DNA from: an uncultured Planctomycetaceae bacterium
Lineage (GTDB): Bacteria > Planctomycetota > Planctomycetia > Isosphaerales > Isosphaeraceae
Direction: 5' to 3'
Length of the DNA: 64,000 bases
Assembly (NCBI GenBank): GCA_963833985.1
Contig: CAWIAD010000002.1
Location: 704,001 to 768,000 of the forward strand
This document shows positions 1 through 10,457 of this stretch, piece by piece. Position numbers and translations under genes: made by a program. Under the pieces are notes generated by a model. The model had not been told where the DNA came from, did no database searches, and saw only the letters and a list, made by a program, of their open reading frames with translations. Numbering within the stretch: position 1 is the first letter of the stretch; every line of letters begins with the position of its first letter.

Positions 1-375
1 CGCACCGAGGTCATGTTCGGCCTGCCAGGACATGCTTACGTTTATCTGATCTACGGCATGCATCACTGCCTGAACGTGGTCACTGGGCCGGGCAACCACG
101 CCTCCGCGGTGCTGCTGCGTGCCCTCGAGCCGGTCCGCAATATCGACGTCTCGGCCAGCGGTCCTGGGCGACTCTGCCGCGCGCTGGCGATCGACCGCCG
201 TCTCAACGGCCATGTGCTCACCAGTGGCGAGCTCATCCTGGCCTTGCCCGATCAGCCCGTGAGCGATTTCCAGGTTGAGGCCAGGCCGCGCGTCGGTGTC
301 GACTACTCGGGCGAATGGGCACACAGGCCCTTGCGCTTCTGCATCGCCGGCAACCGGTTTGTCTCGCGGCCGTGA
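1..375 (+). CDS. DNA-3-methyladenine glycosylase (MPG family), 5'-truncated by the window edge
   Basis: Motifs MFGxPGHAYVYLIYGMHHCLNVVT, AVLLRALEP, GPGRLCRAL and PRVGV; the frame is open from base 1. Confidence 0.9.
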   Translation, partial: RTEVMFGLPGHAYVYLIYGMHHCLNVVTGPGNHASAVLLRALEPVRNIDVSASGPGRLCRALAIDRRLNGHVLTSGELILALPDQPVSDFQVEARPRVGVDYSGEWAHRPLRFCIAGNRFVSRP

Positions 376-400
376 TCGGCCCGGTACCAGGAGGCACGGA

Positions 401-1417
401 ATGAGGCTGGGGCTCATTGGCTCGACGGGACACTGGCAAACCTACGCCCCGGCGCTGCGGCGTGTGCCCGGGCTCGTGCTCGCGGCCGTTGCCGTCGCGG
501 GCCCCGAGGAGACACTCGGCGCGTTCGACCACGCTCCCGGCCTGACGATGGACACCCATCGCCATGATGACCCGGGCCGAATGCTGGCGACGGAACATCT
601 CGACCTCGTTCAGGTCTGCGGCCGTGCCGACCGGATCCCGCACTGGACCCGGTTCTGCCTGGAACGCGGGCTGCCGGTCGTGGCGGAGAAGCCTCTGGCC
701 ATGGATCTGCACACCCTGGATGGGCTCTTCCAGCTCGCACGGACCAGGAAGCTGCACATCGTGCCGATGCACACGATGCGCGCGGACCCCGCGCTGGCCG
801 CGATCCGCCGGGCGGTGCACGCGGGCGAGATCGGCGAGCCGCTCATGAGCTTCAGCCAGAAGTCCTACAAGTGGGGGCAGGACCGGCCGGACGCCTATCG
901 CAGCCGCAAGACCTTCGCGGGCATCGCGGCCTGGGTGGGAATTCACGCCTTCGACTGGCTGCACGCGATCCTGGGCGACGTCTTTGTCTCGGTCCAGGGT
1001 TGCGAGGGAACCAGGGCGCACCCCGATTTCCCCGCCTGTGCCAGCCAGGCCGCCTTCGTTCTGGCCATGAAAAACGGCGGGGCGGCCGCGGTCACGCTCG
1101 ACTATCTCCGCCCCGAGTCCGCGGCCACTCACGGTGATGAGCGACTGCGGATCGCCGGGACAGGCGGCCTGATCGAGACCGCGCTCGTGGAACGCAAGGT
1201 GACGCTCACCGCGGCGGGCCGTCCTCCCCGCGCGCTCACCCTTGGTCCCGAGACGGATTTGTTCACGCAGCTCGTCCGCTCGCTGCGCGGGGAGGGACCA
1301 CCCCCCATGACACTTGCAGAAGCCTGCCGGATCACCGAGATCGCACTCAAGGCCCAGCAGGCCGCGGACACCGCGGAGGTCGTCTCGCTCCGTGATTCAC
1401 CCTTCCGAGAGGGATAA
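401..1417 (+). CDS. Gfo/Idh/MocA family oxidoreductase
   Basis: ATG at 401 after AGGAGG; N-terminal LGLIGSTG Rossmann-like start, EKP motif, GIHAFD. Confidence 0.85.
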   Translation: MRLGLIGSTGHWQTYAPALRRVPGLVLAAVAVAGPEETLGAFDHAPGLTMDTHRHDDPGRMLATEHLDLVQVCGRADRIPHWTRFCLERGLPVVAEKPLAMDLHTLDGLFQLARTRKLHIVPMHTMRADPALAAIRRAVHAGEIGEPLMSFSQKSYKWGQDRPDAYRSRKTFAGIAAWVGIHAFDWLHAILGDVFVSVQGCEGTRAHPDFPACASQAAFVLAMKNGGAAAVTLDYLRPESAATHGDERLRIAGTGGLIETALVERKVTLTAAGRPPRALTLGPETDLFTQLVRSLRGEGPPPMTLAEACRITEIALKAQQAADTAEVVSLRDSPFREG

Positions 1418-1445
1418 AAAGCTCCGCCCCGGAAAGACGCACGGC

Positions 1446-2111
1446 TCAGCTTCGCGGCGTCTCGCCGAGGACGATATCGAAGCGCGCGGCCAGCTCGCCG
1501 ATGCGTGACCCTGGCACTGGCGCGAACTCGACGGGAAGCCTTTTGCCGCCCGGGCTGGACATGGCGCGGCGGTAGATGCCGTCCCGCTCGTTGCCGGGAT
1601 GCCCCTTCACGAAGCATTCGGTCGTGAGCTGCACCTTGTGATCCCTGCGGATCTTGAAGTGGATGTGGGCAGCGGGCCGACCGGTGTAGGGGACCGGCTT
1701 GATCGTCCGGAAGTAATACTCGCCGGTCGAGCCCGTCAGGAAGCGCCCGTAACCCTGGAAGTTGGTGTCGAACTTCGCGCCGTCGTCGACGTGGGCCTTC
1801 AGGTACGTGCCGTCGCGGTCGCACTGCCAGATCTCGACGATGGCATTGCGGACCGGACTTCCGCTGCTGTCCAGGACCCGTCCGCTGAGGTGCGTCACCT
1901 CGCCCACGGCGGGAGTGATCGCGTCGTTGATGACGACGAGGTCGTTGTCGGTGTCCAGCGGCAGCTTCGTCGGATAGAACGGCCCCTCCTGAATGCGCGG
2001 GGTTCGATCCAGCTCCTCGGCGAAGGCGCCCCGGACGGTGAACGCCGATGCGCCGAGTGCGCAGGCTCCAAGAAACGCGCGGCGCCCTGGGCAGGCGATG
2101 ATGGTCAGCAT
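1446..2111 (-). CDS. Intradiol ring-cleavage dioxygenase-like protein with Tat signal
   Basis: RRAFLG twin-arginine leader; EGPFYP, VEIWQCD, FRTIKPVPYTGRPAAHIHF (Tyr/His iron ligands); AGGAGG RBS. Confidence 0.85.
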   Translation of the reverse strand: MLTIIACPGRRAFLGACALGASAFTVRGAFAEELDRTPRIQEGPFYPTKLPLDTDNDLVVINDAITPAVGEVTHLSGRVLDSSGSPVRNAIVEIWQCDRDGTYLKAHVDDGAKFDTNFQGYGRFLTGSTGEYYFRTIKPVPYTGRPAAHIHFKIRRDHKVQLTTECFVKGHPGNERDGIYRRAMSSPGGKRLPVEFAPVPGSRIGELAARFDIVLGETPRS

Positions 2112-2424
2112 CGGAAGAACTCCTCCTGTCGCAGATGGGCGGAATGGAACGGAACGGGTCACGACGTGCTGCGAATGCCCCGGTTGCGAACGGACCGGAA
2201 AGAGGAGACGGGTACTCCGGCCGCGATGCTCGGCATGGAGATCCATGAGACCACAGAACGCTCATCGAAAACAGCCAAAGGGTGAGCAAACCTGTCCCCG
2301 TGAGGTAAACGGCCGCCCTCACTCCACGAGCTTTTCATCCAGGTGCCGCGAGCCTCGACGGCGAAGCTCGCGGCCAGCGGGGTGGCGGGATGTCCCCGCC
2401 CGCAACACCATGGTCCAACCTGCC

Positions 2425-3323
2425 TCAGCGCTTCTTGAGCGTGATGCCGACCCCGGCGCCGTCCATGAGCACGAACGACGTGTCGAGGTTCGGGTCGGTG
2501 GTGATGGCCTGGATGTACTGCGGATTCGGCGAGGGCATCCGCATGTTGTGGGCGATGATCAGCCCGCCGGGCCGGACGTAGGGCAGGACTCCCTGAGATA
2601 GGCGTCGTAACCCTCCTTGTCGGCGTCGATGAAAAGGACGTCGATCGGCTCCTTGTTCCGCACGGCCGTTTCGTGGGCATCGCCCTCGGTGATCACGACG
2701 ATGTCGTCGACGCCGCCTCGCTTGAAGTTCTCGCGGGCCACGGCGATCCGGCCGGGGTCGATGTCGTAGGTGTAGAGCTTGCCGCCGGTCCTGCGCAGGG
2801 CCATCGAGAGCCACAGCCCTGATTCACCGGTGGACGTGCCCAGCTCGACCACCCGCTTGGCGTTGACCGCCTCGGTGAGCTGGCGGAGCAGCCGGCCGTC
2901 AGAGGTCGAAACGTTGGCGTACCGCTCACCCCCGCGGGCCTGATCGATGGCCGCGAGAATGCGCTTTTCGCCATCGTCCTTGGGCAGTGAGGGCTTGCCC
3001 GGGTCGCTGGCACTCGCCATCCCCCCCGCACCGCCACGGCCGGGACCGAAGCCGCCACGGCCCCCGGGGCCGCGCGGCAGCTCGTCGGCCGTCAGCTTGC
3101 CATCCTTGTTGGTGTCGCGCTCGCGGAGCTGCGTGCCGGCCGCGTCGATCTCGGCCGCCGAGAGCGTGCCGTCACGGTTGGTGTCGAACAACTGGAGCAG
3201 CGGGTTCGGCGGTCCCCCGCGCCCCGGCTGGCCGGGCGGCTGTGCCTGGCCTGGCTGGCTGAGACCGATGGTTCCGACCATCATGGCCAGGGTCAAGGCA
3301 ATGGCAATGGCGATGCGCTTCAT
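2425..3323 (-). CDS. O-methyltransferase (Methyltransf_3-like) with signal peptide and EF-hand pair; frameshift near 2590
   Basis: EF-hand loops DTNRDGTLSAAE and DTNKDGKLTADE; VVELGTSTGES and LFIDADKEGY; the C-terminus VRPGGLIIAHN continues in another frame. Confidence 0.8.
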
Positions 3324-3482
3324 CAGTAGATTCTCCCAGCTGGAAACCCATGTGGGGGTAAGAACGGCGACGAAGACTCGTCGCCACAGTGGACCTCGGC
3401 GACAGCCCGCTGGAGCGGGGCCGCGCGTTTCTCTAAAACTCTCTTCATCCTGGGCCGCGAAGTGCGGCAAGGTGCCTCCTCC

Positions 3483-4076
3483 TCAAGGGGCCAGCAGCAA
3501 GACGGCGAGGGCCACGGCAATGGCCCCGCTCACCGCCACGGCCAGCCCACGAACCCGCCTGAGCTTCAGGTAGAACAACAGTGCCAGGCCGGTCACGGAG
3601 ATCACGGTCAGTCCGATGGCCGAGGCGTCGATGATGACCGACCAGGCGATCCCTGCGTCGCGCCCCTTGTGCAGGTCGTTGATGACCGCGACAAAGCCGT
3701 GCATGGTCTGAGTCACGTCGTAGCGCCCGGACTCGCGGTCAATGAACGCGTCCGCGGCATAGCCGGGCCCCTTGAAGGTGACGGTGCACTCGCGCTCGTC
3801 GGCCCGGAACTCGGCCACGGCCGCACGGATGCCGTGAGTCTTCCTCAGGTGTTCGACGATCTCCAGCCGCGCGATCTGCGACACATCCGGCTCGCCCGCG
3901 GGCGACGCGTCCGGGCCACCCGGGCGCAGCCAGTCCGCAGGCATCTGGCCTTGCGCCGGGACGCGGCTCTCCGGCTCGCCGAACCAGTCGGGGTGGTTCA
4001 GCGTCAGGCCGGTCACACTGAAGAACAGGACGGCCGCCATGCCGAACATGGACACGTAAATATGAAGCCAGCGCAT
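3483..4076 (-). CDS. PepSY-associated TM helix protein (start uncertain, possibly ~4156)
   Basis: RWLHIYVSM, FFSVTGLTLNHPDW and NDLHKGRDAG motifs; hydrophobic C-terminal helices. Confidence 0.85.
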   Translation of the reverse strand: MRWLHIYVSMFGMAAVLFFSVTGLTLNHPDWFGEPESRVPAQGQMPADWLRPGGPDASPAGEPDVSQIARLEIVEHLRKTHGIRAAVAEFRADERECTVTFKGPGYAADAFIDRESGRYDVTQTMHGFVAVINDLHKGRDAGIAWSVIIDASAIGLTVISVTGLALLFYLKLRRVRGLAVAVSGAIAVALAVLLLAP

Positions 4077-4152
4077 GACGGCGGCAGTCCGGATGGCGAT
4101 CCGGCGGCGCAGCGGTCGCGACGGCTCCCCGCGCCGACCCCCTGGCGCGCGA

Positions 4153-5715
4153 TCATTCGGGACCCTTTCGTCGATACTCGAGCGCGGCGGACTTGATCTC
4201 GACATTCCCCTTGAGCTCCTCGGCGAACGGCTGGTCGGCGATGGTGATGTCCTTGCGGATGATCTGGTAGGTACCGTGCTCGCGCGCGGCCTCGATGCAG
4301 ACCGTATAGGTGCCGGGGCCAAGCGCCTTGCCGTGGTCGTCCTTGCCGTCCCAGGTGAGGGAGTACTTGCCCGGCGGGCGAGTGGCGCGGGAGATCGTGT
4401 CGATCAGGTCGGTGTCGTCGGCAAGCCGGCGGACCTGGTCGTCGCGATACCAGCGCTTCAGGTCGGCGTGCCAGCGCGGGCCCGGCTGCCGGGTCATGAG
4501 CCAGAGGGCCAGCGTCCGGGCCGTGAGGCCGTCCTTGTCCTCGATCCAGACCGCGACGTAAGGGCGGCGGTACCGGCCCGCGTTCCCCTGTGGACCGTTC
4601 ACCTCGAAGCTCACGCGCAGCTCGTAAGCGTCTCCCCAGGTGCTGTTCAACAGGGCCTTCTCGCGGGCGGGGTCCGCGGGCGCGGGCGGGGCGGCAAGCA
4701 GCCGCAAGGGCCGCTCGTAGCGGGACCACCCGGCACTTCGCTGAACGTGCCCATCGGCCGTGACGATCAGGCACTCGGCGCCCGGAACCGAAGCGGCCAG
4801 GCGCAGGCCGTGCTCGACAGGGAGCACGTTCAGCGTGGTGGCCAGCGCATTGGCGTCGGCCGCCTGCTCCGCGATGACGGTGGCGCCCACCACGTTTCCG
4901 GCGGGCTGGCCCGTTCGCGGGTCGAAGATGTGCGAGTACCACCGGCCGCCGATGCGAAACCCGCGCTGCGCGCTGCCGCTTGTGGCCACCGAGCGGTTGC
5001 GGACTTCGACGCGGGAGATGGGCTCGGCCGTCTCCGAGTCGCTGACGGCGGGAGCGATGCCGACAGACCGGGCGGCGTCGCCGACGACGCGCACATCACC
5101 GCCGATGTTCAGCAGCACGCCCAGCACGCCCCGCTCGCGATCGAGCGCCACGTCGCTGGCACGGCCGATGATGAACCCCTTGGCGATCGAGTTCAAGCTC
5201 AGCGGGCAGGGACTCAGATGCTCGGCCGTGCCGGCGGCAGCGTCAAGACGCCACCCGGGGCGGGCCATGAGCGCCCTGGCCCTGGCCAGTTCCTCGGCGG
5301 TCGGCATCCGGTCAAGCCGGGCGCAGCGCGACCAGAGTTCGGTGAGGGCCTGCACGCGCGGGTCGAAGGCTCCGCCGCTCGCCTGCCGCCACCGGTCGCT
5401 GGCCCGGAGCAGCTCGCAGAGCTCCGGCGAAACCCTCGTCGGCTGGCCGATGGCCGCCTGCCAGCGGCGGAACTCGCTGGAGGCGTCGTAGCCGCTGAAG
5501 ACGGCGGCAAGGCGGTCGATCTCGGCGAGGGCACGAGCCTCGGCCGCTTGCGCGGCGTCCTCGGTCTCGGCCAGGATGCGGAGCTCCAGCGAGGTCCCCA
5601 GCACGTTCTCGTGGCGGAATACGTAGTCCCGGGCGGGCGGGGCGGCACCCAGGGCCAGCCCACACAGCAACACGCCCGCAATCCCCACAAACGACCGCGA
5701 AGTTCGAATCGTCAT
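4153..5715 (-). CDS. apbE: FAD:protein FMN transferase (ApbE) fused to a C-terminal DUF2271 domain
   Basis: LGTS, GAFDP, LNSIAKG, NIGGD, ATSG, SHIFDPRTG; C-terminal RRPYVAVWIED, TWDGKDD, IEAAREHG. Confidence 0.9.
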   Translation of the reverse strand: MTIRTSRSFVGIAGVLLCGLALGAAPPARDYVFRHENVLGTSLELRILAETEDAAQAAEARALAEIDRLAAVFSGYDASSEFRRWQAAIGQPTRVSPELCELLRASDRWRQASGGAFDPRVQALTELWSRCARLDRMPTAEELARARALMARPGWRLDAAAGTAEHLSPCPLSLNSIAKGFIIGRASDVALDRERGVLGVLLNIGGDVRVVGDAARSVGIAPAVSDSETAEPISRVEVRNRSVATSGSAQRGFRIGGRWYSHIFDPRTGQPAGNVVGATVIAEQAADANALATTLNVLPVEHGLRLAASVPGAECLIVTADGHVQRSAGWSRYERPLRLLAAPPAPADPAREKALLNSTWGDAYELRVSFEVNGPQGNAGRYRRPYVAVWIEDKDGLTARTLALWLMTRQPGPRWHADLKRWYRDDQVRRLADDTDLIDTISRATRPPGKYSLTWDGKDDHGKALGPGTYTVCIEAAREHGTYQIIRKDITIADQPFAEELKGNVEIKSAALEYRRKGPE

Positions 5716-6323
5716 CGGTCTGATGGCTCCCATGCTGATCGGACCACCGGTCTGGATTCGGCTAAAACTGGGGACGTTCCACGCCGTCCCGTCCACGCCC
5801 TTCGTCGGGTCCACGGCCCTCTTCTCCACGGAGTAAGCCCCCGCGCCCGCGCCGCGCCTGCACCGGCCTGCTGCTGCACAAGCTTTGTCAGCTCGTCCTT
5901 GTCGACGAACCCGTCCTTGTTCGCGTCGGCCCGCTCCAGAAGTCCCTGCATCCGCTCGGGAAGCTCGTCCTTGCTTAACTTCCCATCCCCGTTCTTGTCG
6001 AAGGCCATCATCCGCGCAACCAGCTCCGCGGGGTTCGGCCCGGCCTGGCCGCCCTCTCGGAAGGCCGGGAGATACTCGTCGCGCGTGAGCTTGCCGTCAT
6101 TGTTCCGGTCTAGAGTCCGCAGCGCGGTGGCTGCGTTGTCGATCTCCCGGGCGGAAAGTTCACCGTCGCCATCGGCGTCAAGGGCCGCGACAATCGGCAG
6201 GACCGGGAATCCACCCCCGGGCGGCCCCCCCCTTCCGGGCCGTCCCGGCGGCTGCGCGGGGACGGATCGGGCCAGGATGACCACCACGATCACCAGGCCG
6301 GACGCAAGCATCATTCGTCTCAT
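5712..6323 (-). CDS. Exported EF-hand domain protein (four EF-hand loops); 3' end may be frameshifted
   Basis: Signal peptide, then DADGDGELSARE, DRNNDGKLTRDE, DKNGDGKLSKDE, DANKDGFVDKDE. Confidence 0.8.
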   Translation of the reverse strand: MRRMMLASGLVIVVVILARSVPAQPPGRPGRGGPPGGGFPVLPIVAALDADGDGELSAREIDNAATALRTLDRNNDGKLTRDEYLPAFREGGQAGPNPAELVARMMAFDKNGDGKLSKDELPERMQGLLERADANKDGFVDKDELTKLVQQQAGAGAARARGLTPWRRGPWTRRRAWTGRRGTSPVLAESRPVVRSAWEPSDR

Positions 6324-6474
6324 GCGATTCGCTCCCATGGGAAAACGCGGGAACTCATGGGGTGCGCGGCCGTCCCGCCGGCCGCAGCCCGCCGCGCCCC
6401 GGTAATCTGCAAACATTCCTTGTATACGACACTCAGAGAAGTCAGAATCCCTTCATGCGATGTTTGGGGCATCG

Positions 6475-7644
6475 TCATCGCGAGGAAGGCCGCGCCGCGG
6501 GTCCGCCGTTGGGGATCGGTTCCTCGGAAATGGTGCCAGCCTCCTGACCCCGCAGATGCTGATCGAAGAACTGCCGGATGCGCTGCGCAACGTCCGGGCT
6601 CCGAAATCCGCCGTGCCCCGCGCCCGTCACCGGGACGAAGAGACAGCTCACACCGGCTTCCTTGAGCGCCCTGGAAAACCGCTCCGACTGGTTGAACGGG
6701 ACCAGCGGATCCGCCGTCCCGTGCAGGATCAGGAACGGCGGGTCTTCCCTCGAGACGTAAGTGATGGGCGAGGCCGCGCGGGCCGCATCCTTGTTTTCCT
6801 GCACGGGGCCGCCGATCAGTTGCGATTCGGGCGACTCGGGAGAGTTGTGTGAACCGCCCATCGCCGGCAGGTCGCTGGGGCCGAACTCGTCGACCACGCA
6901 TTGCACCTTGCTGCTGGTTCCCTGGTAAGGACCGACGTCTCCCTCGAGCGGGGCGATCCCTCCGCTGGTGCCCAGCATGGCCACCAGGTGCCCGCCGGCC
7001 GATCCGCCGATGACGCCGATCTTCTCGGGGTCGAAATGGTACTTCGAGGCATTGGCGCGGACCCAGCGAATCGCCGCCTTGCAGTCGTGGATCTGCGCCG
7101 GCCAGATCGCCTGCCCGCTGAGCCGGTAGTTGATCGAGACCGCGGCGTAATCTCCGCTGGCAACCAGGGGAAGGATCTCGCGCACGCCCATGCTCTTGTC
7201 GCCCATCCGGAAGGCACCGCCGTGGATGTTCACCACCACGGGCAATGGCTTTTCCCCCTTCGGTGCCTTCGGAACGTAGACGTCGAGCGTTTGCCTGGGG
7301 TCCTTCGTGGCGGCATAGGGGATGTTCCTCTCCACCTTCACCCTTTCGGGCGCCTGGACGTTCCCGCCGGGGCCCTGACCAGGACCACCAGGCCCGCCTG
7401 GGCCTCCAGCACGGTTGCGGAAGAACGCTTCGTCTTCCTGCCGGGAGATGAAGCCATCCTTGTTGGTGTCGATTGTGCCGAACTGGTCGCGGACGAATCC
7501 GGGCAGCTCATCGCGGCTCAGCTTGCCGTCCTTGTTGGTATCGAACCGTTCGAAGGGGCTGTTTCCGCCCGGAGGCTGCGCGTGAAGGACGCTGGCACAG
7601 AGAATCGTGAGGGCTGGCAGGACCCCTCGGACCAATCGGCTCAT
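6475..7644 (-). CDS. Exported alpha/beta hydrolase (esterase/lipase) with N-terminal EF-hands
   Basis: HGGAF oxyanion motif, GGSAGG nucleophile elbow, HGTADPLV, GAGHG; two EF-hand loops after the signal peptide. Confidence 0.9.
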   Translation of the reverse strand: MSRLVRGVLPALTILCASVLHAQPPGGNSPFERFDTNKDGKLSRDELPGFVRDQFGTIDTNKDGFISRQEDEAFFRNRAGGPGGPGGPGQGPGGNVQAPERVKVERNIPYAATKDPRQTLDVYVPKAPKGEKPLPVVVNIHGGAFRMGDKSMGVREILPLVASGDYAAVSINYRLSGQAIWPAQIHDCKAAIRWVRANASKYHFDPEKIGVIGGSAGGHLVAMLGTSGGIAPLEGDVGPYQGTSSKVQCVVDEFGPSDLPAMGGSHNSPESPESQLIGGPVQENKDAARAASPITYVSREDPPFLILHGTADPLVPFNQSERFSRALKEAGVSCLFVPVTGAGHGGFRSPDVAQRIRQFFDQHLRGQEAGTISEEPIPNGGPAARPSSR

Positions 7645-8126
7645 GGTGGGTTTTCCCTGGAGAGTTGGCGTCAGACCATGCACGACCCGGCAGCCGTCTC
7701 GAACGCTTGAGCGACAACAGGGGACGGCCTGGCGACCCTGGATTGTGGTATGGAAGCCTCTGGACGGGAAGTTTCATTAGCCTAAATTCCCCTTCATTGA
7801 AGCACGCGGAACCCTGCCGGTCCATTCGGACCTGCACGCTGATCGGTTTCGATTGCCCGCTGGCACTGCGCGACCGGCGCGTGCTCCGGATTCACGCCGT
7901 CCTCCCGGCCGCCCTCTTGCGGCGTCTCAACCGTAGCGCGACAATCGGTCTCAGGAGGCTCATGATGCCCGACGAATGTGGGCAAGCCTCGAGCACTGTT
8001 GCCGGCTCGCGACTCCAGGGCTTTCTCCGCCGTATCCCACCTGACACCAGGCCCGCCCAGAGACCCACCCGCCTCGAGCCGATCGGGAGGTGACCCGCTC
8101 CTTTTCTTGCTTTTTCAAGGAGAGCG

Positions 8127-9422
8127 ATGATGCGAGAAACACCAGCGCCGGTGACGCGCGAAGACAGCGCGAACACGAATACAGCCGCGAGCGCGACCCG
8201 GCGTGGCTTCCTGGGCGCCGCGGGAGCCGCGGCCGTGGCGCCGGGCTTTACGATCCTCAGCCAGCAGGCCAGGGGGGCCAACGATCGGATCGGCATCGGC
8301 TTCATCGGCACCGGAGGCCGAGCCCAGGCCCACCTGGACATCATCAACGGGCTGAAGCAGCAGGGTCAGGCCGCGGCTGTCGCGGTCTGCGACGTCTACC
8401 GTCCCCGGCTGACGGCGGCCAGCCAGAAGACCGGCGGGGCCAGGATGTACATGGAGCACGAGGCGCTCCTGGCCAACCCCGACGTGGACGTCGTCTGTAT
8501 TGCCACCCCCGACCGCCTGCACGCCCCCCAGACCATCGACGCGATCCATGCCGGCAAGGACGTCTACTGTGAGAAACCGCTGACGCACTGGGGCCAGTTC
8601 GAGCTGGCCAAGAAGGTACAGGAAGCGGCCACCAGCAAGGGCCGGCTGGTGCAGGTGGGCACCCAGCACATGGCCGACGACAACTACCCCGAGATCATCC
8701 GGCTGATCCGCAACGGCATCATCGGCAAGCCCATGCACGTGACGTGCAGCTACTTTCGCCGGGGCGACTGGGGCGAACGGATGCCCATCCCCGATGCCAG
8801 CGCACGCCCCGGGGCCGACCTGATCTGGGAGCGGTTCCTGGGCGATGCCCCGCGGGTTCCCTTCTCCGTCTCCCGATTCTTCCAGTGGCGCATGTACTGG
8901 GACTACGCGGGCGGACCGGCCACGGATCTTCTTGTACACACATTCACACCGGTCTTCTGCGTGCTCGAGCTTGGCTATCCCGATCGCGTTTTTGGCGGCG
9001 GTGGGACCTTCGAGTACCACCGGGAAGTTCCCGACCAGTGCAACATCATCGTGGACTATCCCGGGGGCCCCAGCGTGGTGCTGACCAATTCGCTCTCGAA
9101 TGCATACCCGGCCGACACGGTCATCCGCGGCAGCGACGGCATCATCACCTGGGGCATGCTCCAGGGCGGGCAAGAGTACGGCGTGCGCCTTCAGCCCTTT
9201 GGTCGTGGCAGGAAGGAGATCCAGTTGCCGTGGAAGGGCCAGGGTGACACCAGCAAGCTCTGGATCGACTTCCTCTCCTGCGTCCGCACGCGGCAGCAGC
9301 CGCTTTGCAACGTGGCGATGGCCGTGCGGGTGCAGGCCCCACTCTCGATGGCCATCATCTCGCACCGCGAAAGCAAGGTCGTGAAATTCGACGCCCGGGC
9401 ACAGTCGCTGATCACCGTTTGA
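8127..9422 (+). CDS. Gfo/Idh/MocA family oxidoreductase with Tat signal
   Basis: TRRGFLG; IGFIGTGGR, IATPD, GKDVYCEKP, VQVGTQ. Confidence 0.9.
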   Translation: MMRETPAPVTREDSANTNTAASATRRGFLGAAGAAAVAPGFTILSQQARGANDRIGIGFIGTGGRAQAHLDIINGLKQQGQAAAVAVCDVYRPRLTAASQKTGGARMYMEHEALLANPDVDVVCIATPDRLHAPQTIDAIHAGKDVYCEKPLTHWGQFELAKKVQEAATSKGRLVQVGTQHMADDNYPEIIRLIRNGIIGKPMHVTCSYFRRGDWGERMPIPDASARPGADLIWERFLGDAPRVPFSVSRFFQWRMYWDYAGGPATDLLVHTFTPVFCVLELGYPDRVFGGGGTFEYHREVPDQCNIIVDYPGGPSVVLTNSLSNAYPADTVIRGSDGIITWGMLQGGQEYGVRLQPFGRGRKEIQLPWKGQGDTSKLWIDFLSCVRTRQQPLCNVAMAVRVQAPLSMAIISHRESKVVKFDARAQSLITV

Positions 9423-10109
9423 GCCCTGGCCGGGGGGAGACGAGAGATCCCGTCCCCGCAGCACCAGGCCCACCTGCTTGCGCCTCCTGGTGGGTTTCGT
9501 CTTGATGGTCAGGCGGCGTCACAACGGATAAGATGGCCCAACGGGTGATCGCTGTTTGTGAATCTGTACATGACCAGGGGCGATGATGAGCAAGGTTGCC
9601 CTCTTGCGTGTCGGGCAAACCCTGATCGGGTCCGCTCTTCAACGAGCCGATGCGCGTCGAGACCGTTGCTGCCTCAGGGAACAGTTCCTGAGTGGTCGGG
9701 CTTGTGGGAGCCCAGTCGGAACGCTTTCGGCGTGTCACGATGTCCGAGTCGGACCTTGCCGCCATCGCGATTCTCGACGCCGAGATGGCGTTTGACGGCG
9801 ACGGCAACCTTCTACGCCTCGGCACGATATCACGAGCGTCGATCTATCGACTGGGGATCTCCGACTCATCGAAGTGAAAGGGATCGGTACATCGACGGCA
9901 GTGTTTTGCTCAGCCCCAACGAGCCGCAGATGGCCGAGTGCCGCCGTGATTGTTGCTGGCTTCACTTCGTCACCCACCGCAATACATCGCCGGTACCGCG
10001 CGAACCAATTGGCGACCGCGCGCCTGGAATGGGTAAAAGTGACGAAAGTGGCACATCATCGCATCGACACAACCGAGATTCTTTAGGAATACGTTTTCGA
10101 GAGTGTGGC

Positions 10110-10457
10110 ATGAAAACCAGACAACGCCAGCGAAGAGACGGACGACCGGACAAAAACATCTTAGCCGAGATTATCAAGCGCGTCGTTGAGGCCGCGCAGC
10201 CAGACAAGATCATTCTGTTCGGTTCGGCCGCACGCGGCGAGATGGGGCAAAACAGCGACATTGATATCATGGTCATCAAGAGCGGCAAGTTCGACCACTG
10301 GCGCTTGCTGGCGACGATTTACCGCCACCTGCGCGGGGACCTCGCCGCTGTGGATGTCGTGCTCGCTACACCTGAAGACATCCACCTCTATGGAGATTCT
10401 CCATACCTGGTCTTTTACCCGGCACTGCGGGAGGGCATGGTCGTCTATGGGGCATAG
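10110..10457 (+). CDS. Minimal nucleotidyltransferase (MNT) domain protein
   Basis: IILFGSAARGE...SDIDIMV signature; ends ALREGMVVYG. Confidence 0.85.
   Translation: MKTRQRQRRDGRPDKNILAEIIKRVVEAAQPDKIILFGSAARGEMGQNSDIDIMVIKSGKFDHWRLLATIYRHLRGDLAAVDVVLATPEDIHLYGDSPYLVFYPALREGMVVYGA

Noticed and set aside
4075..6405. 776 aa plus-strand ORF and similar long antisense ORFs (e.g. 8115-9473, 15485-16903, 49482-51020)
   Set aside because: Shadow ORFs opposite well-supported genes in high-GC DNA, with no recognisable motifs.
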